Positions 46,566 through 56,803 of a stretch of DNA of 57,467 bases are shown in pieces. Position numbers and translations under genes: made by a program. This stretch comes from Gemmatimonadales bacterium (GTDB taxonomy: Bacteria; Gemmatimonadota; Gemmatimonadetes; Gemmatimonadales; GWC2-71-9). Location of the stretch: positions 1 to 57,467 of the forward strand of contig JACDBX010000045.1 of the NCBI GenBank assembly GCA_013694695.1, read 5' to 3'. How positions within the stretch are numbered: the stretch's first letter is position 1; every line of letters starts with the position of its first letter. The notes beneath the pieces are model-generated. The model made no database searches, was not told the DNA's origin, and worked only from the letters and a program-made list of their open reading frames with translations.

Positions 46566-48161
46566 TCAGCGAACGAGGGTGCGGGGCACGGGCGGAATGA
46601 CGGCGAGCCGCCGAACCGGATGGGCGGCCCGCGCCCTGAGCGCCCGATCGAAAAAGTTCCACGTGGTGTATCCGTCCTCCGACGCCGGCTCCAGCAGAAA
46701 GGCCGCCAGCATTCCCAGCCGCTGGCCGGTCGGGACCAGGAAGGTGCCCACTGGAAGCGAATCGCGTGCTGCAGCGGTCCATGCACCCTCGACCCGCATC
46801 ATCCGGTGACCCTCGAAGGCTCGCGGCGAGATTACGGTGGAATCGACCGTGAATCGCTCGCTGCGGCCACTCCACGGCTGCTGGAGTTGCTCAACGACTA
46901 TTCCCTGCCGGCGCAGCCGGTCCACCACGTCAGTCCACTGCGGATCAAGCGCGTACGCCACCGGGATCGCCTCGCGCCGGGTAGCCATGAATCGGTCGAC
47001 GACCGGCATGACGATCCGGCGCATCTCGCCGGTGCGCACGCGGCGGGCGAACGGCCCCGCGCCCTCGCCGGCGGCGCGAGTGATCTCCGCCACCACCGTG
47101 TCGCTGTGCGGCGGGGCGAAGTTGCTCCGGATCACCACCGAGTCGGGGCGAGCAGAGATCGTGCTGGCCAGCACGCGCCGCGCATCGTCCCAGCGCACCG
47201 CCATGTATCGGATCGTCTCGACCACGAATGCGAACGTCGCCGCGATTCGCCGCTCGAACGTGTCGTTGCTGTATGCCTCGCTCAGGATCGAGAGGCGCGA
47301 CATGCCCATGAGGTTGGTGCCAAAGCGCGGGCCCGACTCGTACGTGACCCAGCCGAGCACCAGCGAGTCGGGGTCCTGGTTCCGAAAGTTCCCGTAGGCG
47401 AACGTTTCCACGGCATGGCGGGCGTGCATGCGCTGGCGGATCTCCGGCAGTGCACCGTCCTGCACCCAGGTGTTTGCGGTGGTGACATTGGCATTGAGCC
47501 CCGGCGACCACGTCAGGGCATAGCCGTGATAGCTGCCGTTGGTGGTGTGAAGGTCCATGAACAGGTCGGGATCCCACTCGGCAATGAACGCAAGCGATGC
47601 GCGGGTTTCGGGGGCCTCCTGCTTCACGTAGTCGCGGTTCAGGTCGTATCCCTGACCGTTTGGGCGCAATCCGACCACACCCGGACCATTCTGCCCCGGG
47701 CGGTTCCGGTCAGACGGACCAAGGGCCTCGTTGCCATCAGTGTTGTAGATCGGGACCGCCAGCACGACCACGCTGTCGAGCAGCGGGCGCAGCGACCCCA
47801 GCGTCAACTCGCGAAGGAGTGCCTGCACGGCTTCCTTCCCCTCCACCTCACCGGCGTGGATGTTGGCCTGGATGTACAACACCGGCTTACCCGAGCGCCG
47901 TGCCTCGGCGGGCGTCGCCACCATAGGACGGGCAGCGATCACGTAGGGAATCGGTCGGCCCTGCGTCGATGTCCCGAGCTGTCCGACGGTCACGCCGGCT
48001 CCGCGCGCCGCCAGTGAATCGAGGAATGCGAGCACCTCGGCATGGGTCGATGTCCGCGCGAACGCCGTACGCTCGGGCACCGTCTGCTGTGCAGCACCGG
48101 GCATCGCGAGAACCAGCGTGATGCAAGCGACGCGGCAGAGGATCGGTGTGATGCGGGTCAT
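46566..48161 (-). CDS. secreted M14 zinc carboxypeptidase
   Basis: NIHAGEVEG, DLNRD, DLHT; signal peptide. Confidence 0.9.
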   Translation of the reverse strand: MTRITPILCRVACITLVLAMPGAAQQTVPERTAFARTSTHAEVLAFLDSLAARGAGVTVGQLGTSTQGRPIPYVIAARPMVATPAEARRSGKPVLYIQANIHAGEVEGKEAVQALLRELTLGSLRPLLDSVVVLAVPIYNTDGNEALGPSDRNRPGQNGPGVVGLRPNGQGYDLNRDYVKQEAPETRASLAFIAEWDPDLFMDLHTTNGSYHGYALTWSPGLNANVTTANTWVQDGALPEIRQRMHARHAVETFAYGNFRNQDPDSLVLGWVTYESGPRFGTNLMGMSRLSILSEAYSNDTFERRIAATFAFVVETIRYMAVRWDDARRVLASTISARPDSVVIRSNFAPPHSDTVVAEITRAAGEGAGPFARRVRTGEMRRIVMPVVDRFMATRREAIPVAYALDPQWTDVVDRLRRQGIVVEQLQQPWSGRSERFTVDSTVISPRAFEGHRMMRVEGAWTAAARDSLPVGTFLVPTGQRLGMLAAFLLEPASEDGYTTWNFFDRALRARAAHPVRRLAVIPPVPRTLVR

Positions 48162-50038
48162 CGTTGCCCTTGGGTGAAGGGGACGATAAGTCGCCGCTGC
48201 ACGAACTCGGCAACGCCGTCATCCCATGTGAAGGTGATCTCCGGAATGACGGCTCGCGTCACCGGCCTGGACAGCGTGAGGGCTGGCGCACCGTCGGACC
48301 GGATCCACCCGGACGCCGCCGCGAGCGCCGCCGGGTCGTGGAGGTGGCGCAGCAGCTGGTCGCGCACCTGTGCCGCGTTGTCGGCACGCTGCGCCAGCGC
48401 GCGCACGAGCAGGTACCCGAGCACGTGCGGGTCGTCGTTGCTGGCGAGCGCAATGCCGCTGCGCTTTTCAGCCTCCATGAATGCGAACATCGGCATCCCG
48501 CGATGCACCGGTTCCAGCGTCACCTCGGTGGCCCACTCGGCGGCACCCTCACCGAGCCACGGATCGGAATCGAGGATACGCAACCAGCGACCGGATTCCA
48601 CGACTCCCCATCCGGCGCCCTCGAGGCGCGCTCCCTCGAACAGCAGGTGCTGCCATTCGTGAATCAGCGTGGCCACGGCCAGCACCGGCATGATGCCTGG
48701 CTCGATGCGGATCGCGTCTTGCGCACCAAGGAACCCCCCGAGCCGCCCGCGTGCCACCGCTGCGGGGGTAGTGACGCGCGCCGACATCCCACCCATGTCG
48801 AGGACGATCGAATCGTCCGCATCGAGATCGTGCCAGGTCCGGAGTGCCGCGTCCACGCCGCCGTGAGCCAGCCATTCCGCGGCGCTTGCGTTTCCCGGGC
48901 GCACCAGGCGCACTCCGAGCCGGGAGCCACCGACCACTGGGACCGCTTGCACGCCCCCGAACCGGGTCGGTTCGATCGCGGGGAGCGGCAGTGACGCCTT
49001 CCCCCAGAATCCCGACACCAGGTCGACCGGGCTGGTCAGCGTGCCATCGTCACGCTCCAACCAGCGGTGTGTCATCAACCATGCGACGGCCGCGATCCAC
49101 CAGCGGCTTGCATCGGTGTACCCCGCGAGGAGGGCGCGGATGTCGCGCGCGCTGACGACATCGGTCAGGGCGAGTGAATCGAGTTGGCGGAAGACGCGGG
49201 CGGAATCACGGCCCATCCGGCTCCAGAGTCGCCACGCCCCCTCGTACGTCGCGATCGTGTCGCGGTTGCCGGGCACCACCAGTTGCAGGCGAACCAGGGC
49301 ACGGTTTGCGGCATCGACGCCGAATTCCGGCGCGCGCATCCGCGCCGCCTGAACAGCGACCTCATGGAGGTCGAGGCGCAGGCCACCTGGTCCACGGAAG
49401 ATGCGGGTGAACTCGCCGTCGGCGGCCGGTCCCCTCGCGATTCGCTCGAGGACGTTGCGCACGGCGTCACGCGACGGACGGTCGAAGCCCAGCGCGAGCC
49501 GCTGGCTGCGGCGAATCAAGTCAAATCCCGTCGCGCCAACGATGCCGGCGCTCCGGGCGAGGGAGTCGTACTCGACGAGGATCTGGCGTGGGGTCGGTGC
49601 GGATGCGTGCCACACTGCGGGAATCGACGTGACACCGGCGGAGCTGCCGATGTCGAGCTGGCGCACGATCACGCGCGGGCGCACCGGCCACCGTTCGGTC
49701 CCGGCAGCGATCACCTCCGCGCGCCACGGCACGACCCGTCCGTCCGCCTCGTGCACGACGCCCTGCATCGCGTCGCCGGTGCGGACACCCTCGAAGCGCC
49801 GGTTGCCGGCGGGTGACGTGAACTGCACCCTGGAACTGTCGATCACCACATCACGCAGCGCCACATACGCCGAGTCCGCTGATTCCATCAGCAGCTGTCC
49901 GGCGCTTCCGTTCAGCCGCAGTTCACCGCGCTCGATCGTGGCCGGCCCGCGAACCTCGATGGCCCAGCGCGTCGTTGGCGACTGCATCACGGGCGCGCCG
50001 GAGCCGAGCAACACGGCGACCAGCAACAGCAACGGCAT
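48158..50038 (-). CDS. hypothetical secreted protein with gluzincin-like HExxH..E motif
   Basis: LIHEWQH ... WLGEGAAEW; hydrophobic N-terminus. Confidence 0.7.
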   Translation of the reverse strand: MPLLLLVAVLLGSGAPVMQSPTTRWAIEVRGPATIERGELRLNGSAGQLLMESADSAYVALRDVVIDSSRVQFTSPAGNRRFEGVRTGDAMQGVVHEADGRVVPWRAEVIAAGTERWPVRPRVIVRQLDIGSSAGVTSIPAVWHASAPTPRQILVEYDSLARSAGIVGATGFDLIRRSQRLALGFDRPSRDAVRNVLERIARGPAADGEFTRIFRGPGGLRLDLHEVAVQAARMRAPEFGVDAANRALVRLQLVVPGNRDTIATYEGAWRLWSRMGRDSARVFRQLDSLALTDVVSARDIRALLAGYTDASRWWIAAVAWLMTHRWLERDDGTLTSPVDLVSGFWGKASLPLPAIEPTRFGGVQAVPVVGGSRLGVRLVRPGNASAAEWLAHGGVDAALRTWHDLDADDSIVLDMGGMSARVTTPAAVARGRLGGFLGAQDAIRIEPGIMPVLAVATLIHEWQHLLFEGARLEGAGWGVVESGRWLRILDSDPWLGEGAAEWATEVTLEPVHRGMPMFAFMEAEKRSGIALASNDDPHVLGYLLVRALAQRADNAAQVRDQLLRHLHDPAALAAASGWIRSDGAPALTLSRPVTRAVIPEITFTWDDGVAEFVQRRLIVPFTQGQR

Positions 50039-50367
50039 TACCCCTCCCTGGCTTCCTGCGGACGACGCTCCACGATCGTGGCGCGCACGGCGACTCCATC
50101 AGACAGGCGTTCCAGGCCACCGACAATCACCTGATCGCCGGTATCGATGCCCTTGGTGACCTCCACGAGCACGTCGGTCACCGACGATTCCATGACCCGC
50201 GGATTGGCACCGCGCAACGTCGTCTGCACCGAGATGATCGGCGGATCGATATCGGGGAGCTCGCGGACCGTGAGGCGCTGGTACCCGAGGACCCCGAAGA
50301 GGATCAGGGCGAGCGACATCATCGACGCAAAGACGGGCCGTTCGATCGACAGGTCGGAGAGTTTCAT
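50038..50367 (-). pseudogene. in-frame chimera of RND permease N-terminus and RND membrane-fusion-protein C-terminus
   Basis: aa 1-67 SIERPVFA..L.VRELPDIDPPII.V...GA...ME..VT (AcrB-like); aa 68-109 VEVTKG...GDQVIVGG...L.DG..V (MFP tail). Confidence 0.7.
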
Positions 50368-50458
50368 GCTATCACCCTATCTTGGACGCGGAGACCGGAG
50401 CCTGCGGTGCGTACGGTATCGAAACGGGTCGGTTTCACCCTGCAACTGGAAGGGCATC

Positions 50459-50833
50459 GTGGCTGTCAAGCTCACCTCGCGGCAGCAGGCACAGCTCCAG
50501 TGGCTGCAACTGCTCCCGCCAAAATTCGACCGGATCTTTCGCGTGGTGGAACAGCTCTCGACCCAGCAGGCCGACGACGTCCAACTCCGCGGGCTCGCCC
50601 GGATGCTCGACGAGCTCAAGGCGCAGGCGTCCGGGCTGGGCATCGGCGCCCTTGCTGATACGTTCGGCTATATGGGAATGTTGATGCGACGGGGAGGCGG
50701 GCACCAGCTGAAGGTCCGCGGCCTTCGCGAGCTGCTGGTGGGCGCGAAGATCAACTATGAGGGTGCGTTGCGATCCGCCTCCGAGGAGATCCGCGTGGAG
50801 GGAGACGGGACGAACCCTACGCCTTCTCCTTGA
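50459..50833 (+). CDS. hypothetical helical protein (degenerate Hpt-like)
   Basis: GTG start after GGAAGG; LDELKAQASGLG..ALAD. Confidence 0.65.
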   Translation: MAVKLTSRQQAQLQWLQLLPPKFDRIFRVVEQLSTQQADDVQLRGLARMLDELKAQASGLGIGALADTFGYMGMLMRRGGGHQLKVRGLRELLVGAKINYEGALRSASEEIRVEGDGTNPTPSP

Positions 50834-50975
50834 ACACCTTGTCGAGCACCGGTGCCGCAGTGAACGCGAACATCGACATGATCACAAGGCCGAGCATCGT
50901 GGTGACATATGTGAGCGCCCCGATCAGGACCGCCGCACCCACGCCCGCCATCACCATTCCGAAGTAGTAGAGCAT
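50817..50975 (-). CDS. small two-TM membrane protein
   Basis: GGAGG SD before ATG 50975; 52 aa, hydrophobic with basic tail. Confidence 0.55.
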   Translation of the reverse strand: MLYYFGMVMAGVGAAVLIGALTYVTTMLGLVIMSMFAFTAAPVLDKVFKEKA

Positions 50976-51103
50976 CGTCCCTCCGAGGGTCACGCCGGAC
51001 AACGCCAGCGTCCGCAAAATACCGAGTGCCCCAGCTTCCGGAAAGGTGACTGCGCGGGACCACCGACCTAGCCCCGGATGCGCTGCCCGGTCACCTTTGC
51101 CCG

Positions 51104-52393
51104 ATGCAGGTTCACATGCCGGTCACCGCCACCGCAGAGCTCGCCGATGCGGCCTTCCAGGCCCTGGTCACGGCCGGCCTCGTCCTCTTCGCGCTTGCCC
51201 TCTATCGCCGGATCCGCCAGCGATGGGTGGCGTGGTGGGCGATCGCCTGGGCGCTCTATCTGGTCCGGCTCGGCGCGATCATCACATTTCTCGCGACCGG
51301 GAATCTTGTGTGGCTGTTCTGGCACCAGGTGATCACCGGCTGGGTCGCCCTCGTGATCCTGTGGGCGGCAATGGTGTTCTCGCGCGACGCGCGGTGGAAA
51401 CCGTGGTACGCAGCGATTGCCATCTTCCCGCCCTGCTGGGCGTGGGTCGCCGTCAATGGCCTCGACCGGTTCCTGCTCGTCGCGCTTCCGATGGTGTTGT
51501 TCCTCTCCGGCGCCACCATCTGGACCGCGTGGGTATTCTGGCGTCATGCCCTCCGAACCGACTCGAATGGGGCGCGCTTCGTGGCCGCGGCGTTCCTGCT
51601 CTGGGGTCTGCATCACCTCAATTACCCGTTCCTGCGGGCACGCGGCGCCTGGCAGCCGTGGGGCTACTACCTCGACATCCTCTTCGAGCTGGCGGTCGGC
51701 ATCGGCTTCGCTCTGATGGTGCTCACCGACCTGGCGCGCGGACTGTCGAACCGCACCGACGAACTGGCACACCTCTCGATGCTTGCACTGCGCCAGCAGG
51801 AGGGGGAGCGCCGGCGGCTGTCGCGCGAGCTGCACGATGAGACGGCACAGACACTCTCAGCCGTCAAGCTGGAAGTCGGGATGTTGCGCGAGGGCGCGAG
51901 CGACCACGTACGCGATCGCCTCGACCACGTGCTGGGACTCGTGGACAGTGGGATCCGAGGGATTCGGAGGGTGATGAACGATCTTCGTCCCGCGCTCCTT
52001 GACGACTTGGGGCTGGGTGCCGCGATCCGGGCGTTGGCCACCGACGTCGAGTCCAGAAGCGCGCTCACCGTACACCTTCGGATGAACGATTCGATCCCGC
52101 GACTCCCCGCCGAGGTCGAGCTTGCCGTCTTCCGGGCCGCGCAGGAAGCCCTCGTCAACACCGTGCGCCACGCGGAAGCCACCGACATCGAGGTGACGCT
52201 GGTGGCGGACGCACGCGGCGTGCAGCTCGAGGTCCGCGACAACGGGCGCGGCATCACGGGGGCACGACCCGCGCCCGGTGCATCGGGCCAACTCGGGCTC
52301 GCCGGCATGCGCGAACGGATCACCGCCGTTGGCGGCACGGTGTCGGTCGAGGGGTCCCCCGGGACAACCATCCGCGTCGACGTGCCGCTGTGA
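51104..52393 (+). CDS. multi-TM sensor histidine kinase (HisKA_3, UhpB/NarX-like)
   Basis: About 7 TMs, ERRRLSRELHDE, QEALVN..RHA, DNGRG, GLAGMRER. Confidence 0.92.
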   Translation: MQVHMPVTATAELADAAFQALVTAGLVLFALALYRRIRQRWVAWWAIAWALYLVRLGAIITFLATGNLVWLFWHQVITGWVALVILWAAMVFSRDARWKPWYAAIAIFPPCWAWVAVNGLDRFLLVALPMVLFLSGATIWTAWVFWRHALRTDSNGARFVAAAFLLWGLHHLNYPFLRARGAWQPWGYYLDILFELAVGIGFALMVLTDLARGLSNRTDELAHLSMLALRQQEGERRRLSRELHDETAQTLSAVKLEVGMLREGASDHVRDRLDHVLGLVDSGIRGIRRVMNDLRPALLDDLGLGAAIRALATDVESRSALTVHLRMNDSIPRLPAEVELAVFRAAQEALVNTVRHAEATDIEVTLVADARGVQLEVRDNGRGITGARPAPGASGQLGLAGMRERITAVGGTVSVEGSPGTTIRVDVPL

Positions 52394-52424
52394 ACCGGTG
52401 ACGATGCCCACCTTACCTTCAGCC

Positions 52425-53075
52425 ATGGAAGAGAATGGGATTCGGGTGGTGGTGATCGATGATCACGCCGTCGTGAGGGAGGGCATCCGACGCGTGCTCG
52501 AGGGCGAGGCCGGAGTAGAGGTCGTGGCGGAGGGAAAGGACGGCGACGAGGCGATCGCCGCGGTGGAGCGAGACCGCCCCGACGTCCTGGTGCTGGATGT
52601 GGCGATGCCCGGAAAGTCGTGGCTCGAGGTGATTCGCGAGGTGCACCGGCAGGCGAGGCGGACCCGGGTGTTGGTCCTGTCGATGTACGACGACCCGGAG
52701 TATGTGGTGGAGAGCGTTAGGGCTGGTGCGCGCGGCTACCTGCTCAAGGACTCGGCCCCGGCAGAACTGCGCCGCGCGGTCCGGACCGTCCACCGCGGCG
52801 AGACCTACTTCCCGGCCGCCGTCACCGCCAGGCTCGCCGAAGCGGGGAAGCGACCGGACCCCGTCCAGCCGGCCACCGCGATCCTCTCCCCGCGCGAGCG
52901 CGAGGTGCTCATTGGCATCGCGCAGGGGCTCACGAACAAGCAGATCGCCGCCGGGCTCGGCATCTCGCACCGCACTGTCGAAACCCATCGCGAATCACTG
53001 ATGGAGAAACTCGACGTCCGCACCGTCGCAGGCCTCACCCGGCTCGCCCTCGAGGAGGGCCTCGTCACGAGCTGA
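52425..53075 (+). CDS. NarL/LuxR family response regulator
   Basis: DDH.VVREG, VLDVAMP, GYLLK, LSPREREVL..IAQG.TNKQIA. Confidence 0.94.
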   Translation: MEENGIRVVVIDDHAVVREGIRRVLEGEAGVEVVAEGKDGDEAIAAVERDRPDVLVLDVAMPGKSWLEVIREVHRQARRTRVLVLSMYDDPEYVVESVRAGARGYLLKDSAPAELRRAVRTVHRGETYFPAAVTARLAEAGKRPDPVQPATAILSPREREVLIGIAQGLTNKQIAAGLGISHRTVETHRESLMEKLDVRTVAGLTRLALEEGLVTS

Positions 53076-53084
53076 CGCCGCCGC

Positions 53085-54746
53085 TCAGCGGTCGCGGTAC
53101 ACCACCTCGCCGTTGATGATTGTCATCACGTTGCGCGTCTCGAGAATCTGTCGCTCGGGGATCGTCATGATATTGCGATCAAGTATCGTAAAGTCGGCCA
53201 TCTTGCCTACCGCAATCGTGCCCCGCCGGCTTTCCTCGAACGCCGCGAACGCCGGATACCACGTGAACATCTTGAGTGCCTGCGCGCGAGTGACCTTCTC
53301 CTCGGGGTGCCACCCCGGCCCCGACCGCCCCTCAAGGTCCTTCCTCGCCACGGCGGCATAGAACTCGATCATCGGTTCGCCCCGCTCCACCGGCGCGTCG
53401 GACCCGCCCGCCACCGGCACGCCCAGCTTCAGCAGCGTTTGCCAGGCGTAGGCACCCTTGGTGCGCGCCAAGCCAATCCGGCTGGGCACGAAGTGCAGGT
53501 CGCCGATGGCGTGCGATGGTTGCATCGAGGCGATCAGCCCGAGCGAGCGGAATCGTGCGAGATCGCGCGGCTCGACGATCTGCGCGTGCTCGACCCGCCA
53601 GCGCGGCTCACGAACCTTTCGCTGCGCCGGCGGCACCGCCTTGAACGCTGCCGCATACATGTCGAGGACGATCCGGTTGGCGCGATCGCCGATCGCGTGG
53701 GTCTCGACCTGAATCCCCTGGCGGAGCGCACGTTCAAGCATGCCGCGCAGTGCCACGGTGTCGGTGGTGATCAACCCGCGGGTATGAGGATCGTCGGAGT
53801 AGGGCTCGACCAGCGCCGCCCCGCGCGAGCCCAGCGCGCCGTCCATCACGATCTTGATTCCCCGCACCGTGAAACGATCGTCGAACTCGGCTGGCCCCGG
53901 TCCCAGCCGGATCAGGCTGTCCGCGCCGGCACCGGGTCCGCTGATCGTCTTGTAGATCCTGATCTTGAGCCGGCCGTCTGCGTAGAGGCGTCGCATCCGC
54001 GCGACCTCGCTCCAGCTCCCGTGCGCGTCCTGCACCTGCGTCCATCCCAGCGAGAGTTCACGCTGCGAAGCGATCTCCAGCGCCCTGTCCTGGTCCGCCT
54101 CGGTCGGACCGGGGACCAACGTGCGGACAACGCCCTGCGCCCGGTCGATCAGCATGCCCGTCGGCTGGCCGTCGGCGTCGAGGTTGATCGCCCCACCCGG
54201 CGGCGACTCGGTGGCACCGGTGACACCGGCGAGCCGGAGCGCCGCGCTGTTGACAATCGATGCATGTCCGTCGGCCCGCGTGAGCATCACGGGGTTGTTC
54301 GGCGCGATGCGATCGAGATCGGCCCGCGTCGGGAAGATCGGCGGGCTCCAGAATGTCTCGATCCACCCCCGCCCCGTCACCCATGCACCGGGACGGGCCT
54401 GCTTGACCGCAGCCTCAACCCGCGCAAGGAAGGCATCCTTCGTGTTGGTGCCCTCGAGGTTCAACGTGAGTTCGCGCGCTCCGATGCCGCCGAAGTGCGC
54501 ATGTGCGTCGACGAATCCCGGGAAGACAAACCGCCCCGAAAGGTCCAGCACCTCGGTCTTTGGTCCCACCAGGCGCGCCGCACCGGCATCAGTCCCGACA
54601 TACACCACTTTTCCGTCGCGCACGGCGACGGCCTGCACCGGCCGGGTCGCCACGCCGGTGTACACCGTCGCGTGCCGGAGGACGAGATCGGCGGCCTGCG
54701 CAGGGAGGGCCACGGGCAATACGAGGAGCAGCGCGAGTGTGCGCAT
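53085..54746 (-). CDS. secreted amidohydrolase (YtcJ-like)
   Basis: PGFVDAHAH, DGALGSRGA, HAIGD, RVEHAQ, GSDAP. Confidence 0.92.
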   Translation of the reverse strand: MRTLALLLVLPVALPAQAADLVLRHATVYTGVATRPVQAVAVRDGKVVYVGTDAGAARLVGPKTEVLDLSGRFVFPGFVDAHAHFGGIGARELTLNLEGTNTKDAFLARVEAAVKQARPGAWVTGRGWIETFWSPPIFPTRADLDRIAPNNPVMLTRADGHASIVNSAALRLAGVTGATESPPGGAINLDADGQPTGMLIDRAQGVVRTLVPGPTEADQDRALEIASQRELSLGWTQVQDAHGSWSEVARMRRLYADGRLKIRIYKTISGPGAGADSLIRLGPGPAEFDDRFTVRGIKIVMDGALGSRGAALVEPYSDDPHTRGLITTDTVALRGMLERALRQGIQVETHAIGDRANRIVLDMYAAAFKAVPPAQRKVREPRWRVEHAQIVEPRDLARFRSLGLIASMQPSHAIGDLHFVPSRIGLARTKGAYAWQTLLKLGVPVAGGSDAPVERGEPMIEFYAAVARKDLEGRSGPGWHPEEKVTRAQALKMFTWYPAFAAFEESRRGTIAVGKMADFTILDRNIMTIPERQILETRNVMTIINGEVVYRDR

Positions 54747-54782
54747 GGGCGAGTCCGGAACGGGAGGGTTCAGAAGAGTGAC

Positions 54783-54824
54783 GATGACCGATGACCGATG
54801 ACCGATGACCGATGACGGATGACG
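54783..54824. repeat. intergenic heptamer tandem repeat GATGAC(C/G) x6
   Basis: (GATGACC)4(GATGACG)2 read directly. Confidence 0.9.
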
Positions 54825-54839
54825 GAAGATACCGCATGC

Positions 54840-55397
54840 TCAACGCATGGCACGATCCGCGGCACGATCGATCACGTACCGAAAGCACGGACGGGGCACG
54901 TCACTGATGTTCGGATGTGGCAAGTCGGTGAAAGTCGAGACCTGTCGCATCCCGATCTTCTCGGCGACGCGTGCCGATGCGGTGTTCTCGGTGTCGAGTA
55001 CGGCAATCACGTGGGTGACCGATGGCACGGAAAAGGCCTCACGCAGGAGCGCGCCGGCGACCTCGGTGATGAGCCCGCGCCCCCAGCATGACCGCGCCAG
55101 CGAGTAGCCGATTTCCGCCTCCTCCCCGCGGAAACGAACCAGGCCGAGTCCGACGGGATCGTCCGATGGGGGAAGGGTGATCATCCAGGCATGCGCCGAC
55201 CCTTCCTCCCACTTCACGCCCAGTGATTCGAGATAACTGGCGGCCATCGCCACGGTCTCGTGACGGCGCCAGGGGAGGAACCGGGTGACGTCGGGGTCGG
55301 AGGTCCAGTTCGCGTGCACCTGCGCGGCGTCGGCGGCACGTGGTCGCCTGAGCCTTGTGCGGTCGGTGTCAATCACCTCCGGTATGCCACTCAGCAT
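54840..55397 (-). CDS. GNAT N-acetyltransferase (RimJ/RimL-like)
   Basis: T.R..LR, EIGY, WGRGLITE, ENTASARVAEKIGM. Confidence 0.88.
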   Translation of the reverse strand: MLSGIPEVIDTDRTRLRRPRAADAAQVHANWTSDPDVTRFLPWRRHETVAMAASYLESLGVKWEEGSAHAWMITLPPSDDPVGLGLVRFRGEEAEIGYSLARSCWGRGLITEVAGALLREAFSVPSVTHVIAVLDTENTASARVAEKIGMRQVSTFTDLPHPNISDVPRPCFRYVIDRAADRAMR

Positions 55398-55416
55398 GAC
55401 GGCAGCGATGCCACCA

Positions 55417-56643
55417 TCATTGGCGCAGCAGCGTGCGCACCGAGTCGAGCGTCCCATCGTTGGGCGCCGGGTTGAGTCCCATGATGTGGGTCATCAGCGA
55501 GTAGACGTGAATGTTCTGAAACGGATCGACAACCACGCCCGACCGGAATGCCGGACCCGCCGCCACGAAGATCGCGCGCATCGAGGGGAGGGCATTGTCC
55601 CAGCCATGCCCACCGCCCTGCGCGCGCCACGATGCCACGCGACTGCGCGACGTGATCGACCAACCCTCGTCGGCCACCAGAATCAGCGGCGGTATCCGGG
55701 GGCTGTCGCGAAAGTGGAATCGCTCCGGCACATCGGCACGCCGGTACACAGACAGATGGGGCGAGGCGGCGCGCAGCTTCTGGTACACGTCGTCGTCCCG
55801 GCCGGGTGCCGGGATCAACATGCCCACCGGCGACCACTCGACCACGTTCACGTCACTCAGCGATATGAAGTCGTCGAGCGCGATAAGCTTTGTTGCCGGA
55901 CGCGGCGCCATGCCGTGATCGGACACGACGACAATGTTGGTCCGGTCGGTCAGCCCCCGCTCGCGGAGTCCGGTCACGAGGCGACCCACCATCCGGTCGA
56001 CATGCACGATGGCGGAATCGACGTCGGGCGAGTCCGGCCCCGAATCGTGTCCCGCGTGATCGACGTTGCTGTAGTAGAGCGTCGTGATCGCGGGAGCGGT
56101 GCCGGGTGGCTGCGACGCCCAATGCAGTACGCTGTCGACGCGCGCGGCGTCGGGAAACTTGTCATCGAATGGCAGCCATCGCGACGGCGCACGGCCCCCT
56201 GCGCCCGATTCCGATCCGGGCCAGAAGAATGCTGCCGCCCGCCGCCCCTGCTTCTCGGCGGTCGCCCAGATCGGCTCGCCACCCCACCAGCGCGGGTCAC
56301 GGTTGGCCATCGTATCCGACATCCGGAACACGCCGAGTGCGGAGTCCCGGATCGTGTTGGCGACCATCCCGTGGTGGGCCGGATGGAGGCCGGTCACGAT
56401 CGTGTAGTGGTTGGGGAAGGTCAGCGTCGGGAATGCCGGTGTCATCCAGCGGGCCCGGACGCCGCGATCAGCGATCGCTGCCAGGTTTGGCGACAGGCCC
56501 CGGTCGAGAAAATCGGCACGAAATCCATCGAGCGAGATCAAGATGACGCGCTGATCAGGCAACGGCGCCAGGGTGTCGGGCTTGATCGGCTGCGAACAGG
56601 CGGCCAACGCAAGTGCGAGCAGCAGCAACGGATGGCAACGCAT
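55417..56643 (-). CDS. nucleotide pyrophosphatase/phosphodiesterase lipoprotein
   Basis: Lipobox LAAC, SLDGFR, TLTFPNH, VDHAGH, SDHG, HGWD. Confidence 0.93.
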   Translation of the reverse strand: MRCHPLLLLALALAACSQPIKPDTLAPLPDQRVILISLDGFRADFLDRGLSPNLAAIADRGVRARWMTPAFPTLTFPNHYTIVTGLHPAHHGMVANTIRDSALGVFRMSDTMANRDPRWWGGEPIWATAEKQGRRAAAFFWPGSESGAGGRAPSRWLPFDDKFPDAARVDSVLHWASQPPGTAPAITTLYYSNVDHAGHDSGPDSPDVDSAIVHVDRMVGRLVTGLRERGLTDRTNIVVVSDHGMAPRPATKLIALDDFISLSDVNVVEWSPVGMLIPAPGRDDDVYQKLRAASPHLSVYRRADVPERFHFRDSPRIPPLILVADEGWSITSRSRVASWRAQGGGHGWDNALPSMRAIFVAAGPAFRSGVVVDPFQNIHVYSLMTHIMGLNPAPNDGTLDSVRTLLRQ

Positions 56644-56803
56644 GCCGGAAGGTGGCAGGCCCAGGACCGGGTCGCCACCCCCCGCATCTTCGTGCGCGTC
56701 GATTCTGATAGACGCGGCCGTGGCGGATCGATCAGACCGGCACGGCGCCGGTCAATCCGACAGGGCGGTTAGCATTGGGGAACCACCATCTCGGAGTCCT
56801 GCC

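Noticed and set aside
50976-51103. Possible riboswitch between the small membrane gene and the kinase
   Set aside because: No aptamer consensus that I can recognise; only short GC pairings
54783-54824. CRISPR array
   Set aside because: Contiguous 7-mers without spacers; no cas genes in the window
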